12,401 nt of DNA, from contig CBFHOE010000019.1 in assembly GCA_965657355.1 (NCBI GenBank), forward strand, positions 1 to 12,401, read 5' to 3'. The DNA is from Limisphaerales bacterium. GTDB lineage: Bacteria > Verrucomicrobiota > Verrucomicrobiia > Limisphaerales > JAJOIW01. Each line of letters opens with the position of its first letter. The first letter of the stretch is position 1. The notes beneath the pieces are model-generated. The model was not told the origin of the DNA. It was given only the letters and a program-made list of their open reading frames with translations, and ran no database searches. A program made the position numbers and the translations under genes. Positions 6,633 to 12,401 of the stretch are shown piece by piece.

Positions 6633-8078
6633 TTATTCTCCATCTTCAATATCAAGTTGTGTCAAAGTTGCGTCATCGCTGCCAGTTATACCAAGCTCAT
6701 TTTCCAGCTCTTTTTCTTCGTAAATTTTCTGCATTAGATCCTTGTGATTGCCGCCGTAAGTTTCTGCAATAATTTCACCGCGGGATCTTAGGTTGTTGTC
6801 AATTGCATCAATAGCCGCTTTGATATCTTTGCTAGGATCAACCCAGGGCCAACGTCGCGTGACCCAACGCGGAGAATTAAATTTCTCAAACTTTGCAACT
6901 GGCAAACGATTACCATTGGCAAACTCAAAATCACCTCGTTGGAGTTTGTGCATCAACCAACTTTCAAACACTGGTTGTAAAAAATGTTCAATCATCCATT
7001 TTTGTACAACTTTGTAAAACTCGCGCTCCTCGAGGGTGCCAGCTCGCATTGAGCTGTAATTGACGCTCTCTAAATCTACAGTTAATGAATTATATGACAC
7101 GCCTAAACCAGCGGCGCATTTTCTCAAAAGTGTTTTTGTAAAATTATCAAAATTACTGTGTGGGTTCTGCGGGTCGTATGTTTGCAATGATACGCCCTGG
7201 GGCAAAGTGGAAAATGAACCAGGTTGTATATCCATTATCATTTGACCATTTTCATTTTCTCGATCACCAGAAAACCCCTCCCCTTCATTGTTAGAACGAA
7301 CAAAAAAACCAGCTTTTCCGCTTGCAATACGTGAGGCAACAAGCTCAGATTTAAAGTATTCTTTAAGGTGTTTAAGTGTAATTATTGACGGCGCAAACCA
7401 ACTGACTCCTCTAGTGTCTCTTGCCCTGTCGTTTTTGTAGACGTGAATAATCTCTTTGCTAGGGACTATTTTAATTCTACCATAGGCGTCATCTCCAGGG
7501 TGGTTTTCAGAAATATGATAGGCTGTCACTTTGCCCCACTTATCCTTTTCAACTGATAACCTAATGCCACCTTTACCTGGCCTGTCAAGGTTGTGATCGT
7601 CTTTTAAATGGTCAGCCTCAATAGGGAATAGGGCAAAATTGTTGGGCCCATAATTTAACACCTTTTGATAAAATATCTCACCGTCCCTTGCAGTTGAAGA
7701 CAAGGCTTGGCTTTGTAAGTCTATCATCGACAGTGCGCCGTCCGTCGTTGGTGCTTTGGAAAACTTTTTCCAATGGCGTTCAATTAAATTGTTTGCTTGC
7801 TCGTCTGCCTGCCCGTTGTCGTCACGCACATTCATTTCTAAGCCAATTCCATTTTCACCTAGGACATTGTTTATGAGCAATTGAATATATCGACGCGCAA
7901 ACTCGTTATTCTGAACCAACTCCCTGGCTTTGTTTCTAATAGTAGAAAGCTTGCCGTTTTCAATTGCTTTGTCTGAGCTTTCAGTAGTGGCGATCCAATT
8001 ATTCAGATAGCGGTTTGTTTCAGCCGCTTCAAATTTTCGAATCTGTTGTTTTTGCTTGCGTCGGAAAAATTTAAACAT
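6633..8078 (-). CDS. Portal protein, lambda gpB family
   Basis: 481 aa with motifs 'IRNKARELVQNN', 'RDGEIF', 'RGVSWFAP', 'VNYSSMRAG' and 'WPWVDPSKD'. Located between the gpW-like and protease/capsid genes. Confidence 0.95.
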   Translation of the reverse strand: MFKFFRRKQKQQIRKFEAAETNRYLNNWIATTESSDKAIENGKLSTIRNKARELVQNNEFARRYIQLLINNVLGENGIGLEMNVRDDNGQADEQANNLIERHWKKFSKAPTTDGALSMIDLQSQALSSTARDGEIFYQKVLNYGPNNFALFPIEADHLKDDHNLDRPGKGGIRLSVEKDKWGKVTAYHISENHPGDDAYGRIKIVPSKEIIHVYKNDRARDTRGVSWFAPSIITLKHLKEYFKSELVASRIASGKAGFFVRSNNEGEGFSGDRENENGQMIMDIQPGSFSTLPQGVSLQTYDPQNPHSNFDNFTKTLLRKCAAGLGVSYNSLTVDLESVNYSSMRAGTLEEREFYKVVQKWMIEHFLQPVFESWLMHKLQRGDFEFANGNRLPVAKFEKFNSPRWVTRRWPWVDPSKDIKAAIDAIDNNLRSRGEIIAETYGGNHKDLMQKIYEEKELENELGITGSDDATLTQLDIEDGE

Positions 8079-8646
8079 CGTACAAAATCGGAATTATCAA
8101 AGTGCTGTTTCCTTCGCCCAACTCGTTTGCTTCAGCCTTCTTTTCTTTTGCAACTTCGCTTTCAAGATATGCCTTGGCTTTAAGCAATTCAGAAAGGCTA
8201 AACCGCTCAATCATCTTTCCATTGATTTGAAACTGTCTTTCAGCGTAACTAGCAGAGCCGTTGATTGTGGCGGTGATAGCGTCCAATGCCTTTTCATTGT
8301 CCGACCTAACATCCAACGCACTGACCCCGTTTTGAAAGTCTGCTGTTAGTTCGAAGTCGCCATAATCAACCCTGTAACGCTCCCCATTGGTGTTATATAC
8401 ATAACCCTCAAATCGATATTTACCGACTGTCCATTCTGCGGTGTCGCGTTTAGAAACGTAAAAAGAAAAGTCGCCAGTCGAGTTGTCGTTGCTATAGGAT
8501 TGAACCATGCCTGTTCCGTTACCCCTTATGTAATAAGTCATGGTCCAGCCATCGACTGGTGCGTAATCAGCTAATTTTTTCTTAAATTTTAACGTGTCAC
8601 CAGCCGCCATTTTAGCGGGGTGACCATATGGAATCTCATAAGCCAT
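8071..8646 (-). CDS. Head-completion protein, gpW-like C-terminal domain with an N-terminal beta-sandwich extension
   Basis: Sits at the lambda W position (terL-W-portal). The C-terminal helix-hairpin-helix 'ALDAITATING...QFQINGKMIERFSLSELLKAKAYLESEV' is gpW-like, preceded by ~110 beta-rich residues. Confidence 0.75.
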   Translation of the reverse strand: MAYEIPYGHPAKMAAGDTLKFKKKLADYAPVDGWTMTYYIRGNGTGMVQSYSNDNSTGDFSFYVSKRDTAEWTVGKYRFEGYVYNTNGERYRVDYGDFELTADFQNGVSALDVRSDNEKALDAITATINGSASYAERQFQINGKMIERFSLSELLKAKAYLESEVAKEKKAEANELGEGNSTLIIPILYDV

Positions 8647-10531
8647 CTAAATAACTGGGTCTGAAGCTCATCATCTGAGCGGGTTTAACCACTTTATTTG
8701 TAATGTCTGTATTTGCTCCAGATTGTTCAATGTTTTTATGTGTCACATTTGCGCCATCACTGTTAGCCTGGTTTCTTTGATTTTCCGCTAATACTTCCCA
8801 ATTTGGCTGTAAATGCTCCAGAGCGGCCATGTTGTAAACCCTTATGTCGGTGGCCTCGTTCCGTTCTCTTAGCTTGACCCACTTTCTAGTCGTGCGCCCT
8901 TTATCAATTTTCTTCACGAGTTTTTCCGCTGCTAACTGCTTAAAATATTCTAGGTCATAACCACAATTATCAAAAAAATGAGCGTAACCAGGCCCAATGT
9001 CTTTTGTCTTTAATAACGCCTGAAGCTTTAGCTTTGTCTCATCAACACCCACTGGGTAAACGCTTACACCTGCAATTTTTGTTTTGGTTCCCCTGCCAAT
9101 AACGGGCCGACCCCACCCGCTAACCCCTTTTATAGGAAATATACGTCTGCCCATTTTCCCCCTGCAAAAATGATAAATTTGCGAAGTGTTATACCCTGAA
9201 TCTATAGCCGTTGAATTTATTCGCATTTTCAGGCCATCCTCGCGGACCCATTCCCACCGCATCAACCAAGCGTCAAGTTCTTCATACACTGTTGGCAATG
9301 CAGTTGAGCCTTTAAACATTTTAAACTCTAAGCCCCAACTTTGAAAATCTTGGTTCCACCCTACGACCTCGGCCTCAATCCTGTCTTGTTGAACGTCTAT
9401 TCCACAAGTTACTAGCAAGATTTGTTTAGGCATTTGTTCCGGCTTTGGCTCTACACGCGACCCGATCTCATTGGCTTGTATGCCATCGCCGGCATCGTCG
9501 TCAAATGTTTCAGCAAGAAATGTATTCACCCATTCTTTAAGTGTTTCGCGGCCTCCTCGTTTAGCCGCTAAAAATGTTGCGACCGCCTGGTGTAGTCTAT
9601 TTTTGTATCCTGGCCTTGCTGGAAAAATTGAACACAAGCCATTAATAAAGAATCCCGCCCTGCCGTTAAATTCTGCTGTTGCTTGCCATTCCCCAGACTT
9701 AACCATTTCGATTCTGTCTCTGTCCGTTATGACCTGACTGCAATGCGGGCAAACTATGTGAGCGGTCTCTGGTTGGTCATCGTTCCACTTCACGTCCTTC
9801 CACGTTATTACAAATTTCTTAGAGCAATGAACACACGGAACAAACCATTTACGCTTGTCTGTTGATTGATACTCGTTTTCAATCCTGCTTAATCCTGTAA
9901 GCGTTGGCGTGCTTGTCTTAATAATTCTTGCATTATGGAAAGTGTCAGTCCGTCGTGTGGCCAAACCTACTGGATCTCCCTCTGTCCCCGCGCTGTCTGG
10001 GTACGCGTCTATTTCGTCCAAAAGCAGCACTCTGATAGGCCTAGACCTCATGCTTGTCGGGCTATTTGCTCCGCATATTGTAATTGAACCGCCTAAAAAA
10101 ACTTTGCTTAATAATGTGTTGCCGCTGTCTCGTGTTCTGCTGTCGGCTACTTTATCTTTTAGGTTTTCGCAATCTCGAATCATTGGGGCCAGTCTGGTTT
10201 TACTCCAAGATTCTGCGAGCTCAAGCGTTGGTTGAATTAGCAATATCGGACTAGGTTCATGATCTATGTAAAATCCAACTATATTGTTCAGCCCCTCAGT
10301 TTTACCTGTTTGGGCCGCTGCCATTACTATGATTTCCTGGATCTCTAAATCATTAGCCAACTCCAACGGTTGTCTCCAAAACGGGGTCCGATCAAAGCTG
10401 TATTTTCCAGGGTTGGCCGCCGCTTCACTGGATAGATACCGGTATCGCTCCGCCCACTCCGCCGCATCAATCGCTTTCGGAATCGTCCAGGCTTTTTCTA
10501 TTTTTTTCGATAAGCTCGTTAAAAAACACAT
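8636..10531 (-). CDS. terL: Terminase large subunit, lambda GpA family
   Basis: Walker A 'AAAQTGKTE', Walker B 'VLLLDEIDAY', coupling motif 'TSTPT', paired CxxC (PCVHC, CPHC), and nuclease motifs 'TCGIDVQ', 'AIDSGY', 'RNEATD'. 631 aa. Confidence 0.96.
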   Translation of the reverse strand: MCFLTSLSKKIEKAWTIPKAIDAAEWAERYRYLSSEAAANPGKYSFDRTPFWRQPLELANDLEIQEIIVMAAAQTGKTEGLNNIVGFYIDHEPSPILLIQPTLELAESWSKTRLAPMIRDCENLKDKVADSRTRDSGNTLLSKVFLGGSITICGANSPTSMRSRPIRVLLLDEIDAYPDSAGTEGDPVGLATRRTDTFHNARIIKTSTPTLTGLSRIENEYQSTDKRKWFVPCVHCSKKFVITWKDVKWNDDQPETAHIVCPHCSQVITDRDRIEMVKSGEWQATAEFNGRAGFFINGLCSIFPARPGYKNRLHQAVATFLAAKRGGRETLKEWVNTFLAETFDDDAGDGIQANEIGSRVEPKPEQMPKQILLVTCGIDVQQDRIEAEVVGWNQDFQSWGLEFKMFKGSTALPTVYEELDAWLMRWEWVREDGLKMRINSTAIDSGYNTSQIYHFCRGKMGRRIFPIKGVSGWGRPVIGRGTKTKIAGVSVYPVGVDETKLKLQALLKTKDIGPGYAHFFDNCGYDLEYFKQLAAEKLVKKIDKGRTTRKWVKLRERNEATDIRVYNMAALEHLQPNWEVLAENQRNQANSDGANVTHKNIEQSGANTDITNKVVKPAQMMSFRPSYLDGL

Positions 10532-11063
10532 CTTTTTTATTTCGTAACTCTTCCATTAATAAATCTTTGGAAGTGTTCGACATTCCACTACGTAACACTG
10601 ATTGCCTGACTAAATATACCAAGCCCTCAATGCACTCAATAACTAAGTCTTGATCCACCAATGCTCCCATCAATTGATCGTTTTTAATCTTTAAATTTTT
10701 TATCTGCTCTTGCTTATACTCAGAGGTAAGTGAATTTAAAGAATCTCCATCTACAGACTTAATCCTAGTGTTTTCACTTACCCATTCAATCCACTCCCTG
10801 ACTGGTATTTTATTTTTCTCAGTCCCTGGGGAACTTGGTTTCACTCGCCATTCATAAATAGTTTTTCTTGGAACTTTTAATATTTTAGCAAGTTCAGTTA
10901 CATTTTTTGCAAACTCTGGGAATTGCGTTTCTTTTGATTTTTCTTTTTCCTGCTCAAGTAAGTCAGCCTCTCTTTTTGTTAAGGTTTTCCCGTCCTTCAG
11001 CTTTTTAACTATATTCTGAAGGTTTAACTTTAAAAGTTTGTCGACTTGCTCCTGCGTTGCCAT
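10467..11063 (-). CDS. terS: Terminase small subunit (Nu1-like winged HTH) with N-terminal helical extension
   Basis: HTH 'NVTELAKILKVPRKTIYEWR', then a coiled coil ending 'LKIKNDQLMGALVD'. Immediately upstream of and overlapping terL. ATG 11063 (1 nt after the upstream TAG) is preferred over TTG 11072. Confidence 0.82.
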   Translation of the reverse strand: MATQEQVDKLLKLNLQNIVKKLKDGKTLTKREADLLEQEKEKSKETQFPEFAKNVTELAKILKVPRKTIYEWRVKPSSPGTEKNKIPVREWIEWVSENTRIKSVDGDSLNSLTSEYKQEQIKNLKIKNDQLMGALVDQDLVIECIEGLVYLVRQSVLRSGMSNTSKDLLMEELRNKKDVFFNELIEKNRKSLDDSESD

Positions 11064-11064
11064 C

Positions 11065-12252
11065 CTATTCAATTAACTCCGCTTTGCCGCCCGTGTATTC
11101 CTCCCATCGCTTAATAATAACATCGCAATAACCTGGGTCTAATTCCATACCATAACATGTCCGCCCTAGTTGTTCAGCTGCTATTAATGTAGTGCCTGAC
11201 CCTAAAAACGGATCATAAACATTCCCTTTGTGATTTTTCATTGGCTTGAGCATACACTCAACTGGTTTTTGAGTTGAGTGCCCGGTTTCATTTTTTAATG
11301 GCTTATCAATCTCCCATAAAGTCGTTTGTGACCGATCCCCAACCCATGAAGCAGTTTCCCCCTTCTTTACAGCATACCAACACGGCTCATGTTTGTGATG
11401 GTAATGCCCTTGACTAATTGCATGATTGTTTTTGGCCCACACAATTAAATTTCTCAAAACAAAGTCACACCCCTCTAAGTTCTCTGCAACAACATGTGTT
11501 GCAAGTTGAGCATGCCAAACATAAGCGACTTTACCTTGAAACAGATTGTAAGTTTTAGACCAATCGCTCAGATTATCATTCAAAACTTTTCCAATTGATT
11601 TTGCCCCTATGGGTGTTCCGTCCGCCCTCTTTCGTTTATTGCGCCAGTTTGCGTCGTAATTTACACCATACGGCGGATCTGTGATCATTAATTCAAGAAC
11701 TTCCCCAGCTGTTAATTTTTCGACATCTGTGTTTTTTGTGCTATCCCCACACATTAATCGATGATTGCCTAACTTAAATATTTGGCCCGGTTGAGTCGTT
11801 GGGTTCTCTGGTGGATCTTCATTAAAGTCATCCTCCTCTGGCTCCACTCCGGAATCCATGTCTATTCCATCAATCAACCCGGCTAAGTCTAGATCAAAAT
11901 CGTCTGGCAATTCTTCAAGCAGCTCCGCAATAATTGAATCATCCATTTCAGCGAACTCCGCAATTTTATTGTCTGCTATCATGTGGGCATATTCCGAGGC
12001 CTCGTCCTCGAAGTCCTGAATGTCGACAGGAACCGATTCGGCTCCCATCAATTTTGATGCCATCAATCGGCCATGACCTGCGATGACGTAACCTGATCGT
12101 TTGCTTACGACGATTGGGTTTCGCCATCCTTGGTGCTGGATTATCTTTGCCAGTGCCTCAATCTGACGGTCCTCGTGTTTGTTCGGATTCTTGGGATGTT
12201 CGACCAAGGTATCCGGATCCTGAAGCTCGGTGTAATTGCAATGTATTTTCAT
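11065..12252 (-). CDS. ParB/Srx-like N-terminal domain fused to an amino-DNA methyltransferase (N6-adenine/N4-cytosine, beta class)
   Basis: N-terminal 'HPKNPNKH...GWRNPIVV...VIAGHGRLMA...IADNK' is ParB-like. After an acidic linker come 'GNHRLMCGDST', motif IV 'TDPPY', 'HSTQKPV' and motif I 'DPFLGSGTT...MELD'; IV before I is the beta order. AAGGT 5 nt upstream of the ATG. Confidence 0.93.
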   Translation of the reverse strand: MKIHCNYTELQDPDTLVEHPKNPNKHEDRQIEALAKIIQHQGWRNPIVVSKRSGYVIAGHGRLMASKLMGAESVPVDIQDFEDEASEYAHMIADNKIAEFAEMDDSIIAELLEELPDDFDLDLAGLIDGIDMDSGVEPEEDDFNEDPPENPTTQPGQIFKLGNHRLMCGDSTKNTDVEKLTAGEVLELMITDPPYGVNYDANWRNKRKRADGTPIGAKSIGKVLNDNLSDWSKTYNLFQGKVAYVWHAQLATHVVAENLEGCDFVLRNLIVWAKNNHAISQGHYHHKHEPCWYAVKKGETASWVGDRSQTTLWEIDKPLKNETGHSTQKPVECMLKPMKNHKGNVYDPFLGSGTTLIAAEQLGRTCYGMELDPGYCDVIIKRWEEYTGGKAELIE

Positions 12253-12291
12253 TCGTTACCTTTTATAAATTCTCTAGCGTTGGGAAAATAT

Positions 12292-12334
12292 CGCGGTGCC
12301 CTCTTACCCGCGTGGGGCTATTTTGGAAGGACCC
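12292..12334 (-). other. Putative lambda-like cohesive-end (cos) site: cosQ-like GGGTCCT and cosN-like dyad
   Basis: Minus strand reads GGGTCCT (12334-12328), 15 nt, then CGCGG-GTAAGAGGGCA-CCGCG (12312-12292). Lambda cosQ is GGGTCCT, lying ~17 bp before cosN. The site is upstream of a Nu1/GpA-type terminase pair in the expected orientation. Confidence 0.65.
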
Positions 12335-12401
12335 GCGCTTGAGACGCTTGGGACAAATTGCTAGAAACTTTAATTTATTGTATTTCACATTTTTTAAAAA
12401 G

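Noticed and set aside
10467..10545. A/T runs in the terS/terL overlap as a programmed frameshift making a TerS-TerL fusion
   Set aside because: terL is in the +1 frame relative to terS, so a canonical -1 slip would not join them. terL has its own ATG, and terS/terL overlap is normal in lambda-like phages.
11065..12252. Restriction-modification system or plasmid-type partition locus
   Set aside because: No endonuclease, ParA or parS-like array nearby; the ParB-like domain is fused to an orphan methyltransferase.
416..12342. Numerous + strand ORFs (e.g. 416..838, 2032..2424, 2957..3463, 4668..4943, 5274..5639, 9909..10235, 12130..12342)
   Set aside because: They lie antisense to well-supported phage genes, mostly have Ser/Leu/Pro-rich shadow composition, and show no recognisable motifs.
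12339..12382. Possible sigma70 promoters (minus-strand TACAAT at 12382-12377; plus-strand TTGAGA-17-TAGAAA)
   Set aside because: The -35 of the first would fall at or beyond the window edge, and the second lacks the conserved final T. The AT-rich context makes chance matches likely.
1..12401. Stop-codon reassignment, introns/inteins, CRISPR arrays, tRNAs
   Set aside because: Core genes are full length in the standard code and use TAA, TAG and TGA as stops. TerL and portal have normal sizes, and there is no spaced repeat array or cloverleaf in the scant non-coding sequence.

Overview
A single, tightly packed minus-strand operon of a tailed dsDNA phage or prophage (probably a siphovirus), covering packaging, head and the start of the tail module. 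In transcription order (right to left): a lambda-like cos-type site (cosQ-like GGGTCCT plus a cosN-like dyad), a ParB/Srx + beta-class DNA methyltransferase fusion, small terminase, GpA-type large terminase, an extended gpW-like head-completion protein, a lambda-family portal, and an HK97-type prohead protease-major capsid fusion followed by an intrinsic terminator. Next comes an accessory block (101-aa beta protein, 663-aa double-LamG adhesin-like protein, coiled-coil protein, lipoprotein with an internal transmembrane helix), then a gpFII-like head-closure protein with an extra N-terminal domain, a 68-aa orphan, a gpU-like tail terminator and the truncated tail tube gene. The most unusual signals are a domain shared between the 101-aa protein and the head-closure protein (possible head/neck appendage system), a unimolecular-spanin-like lipoprotein among head genes, and a duplicated terminator arm inside the capsid gene's 3' end. 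All family calls come from motif recognition and gene order; no searches were run.
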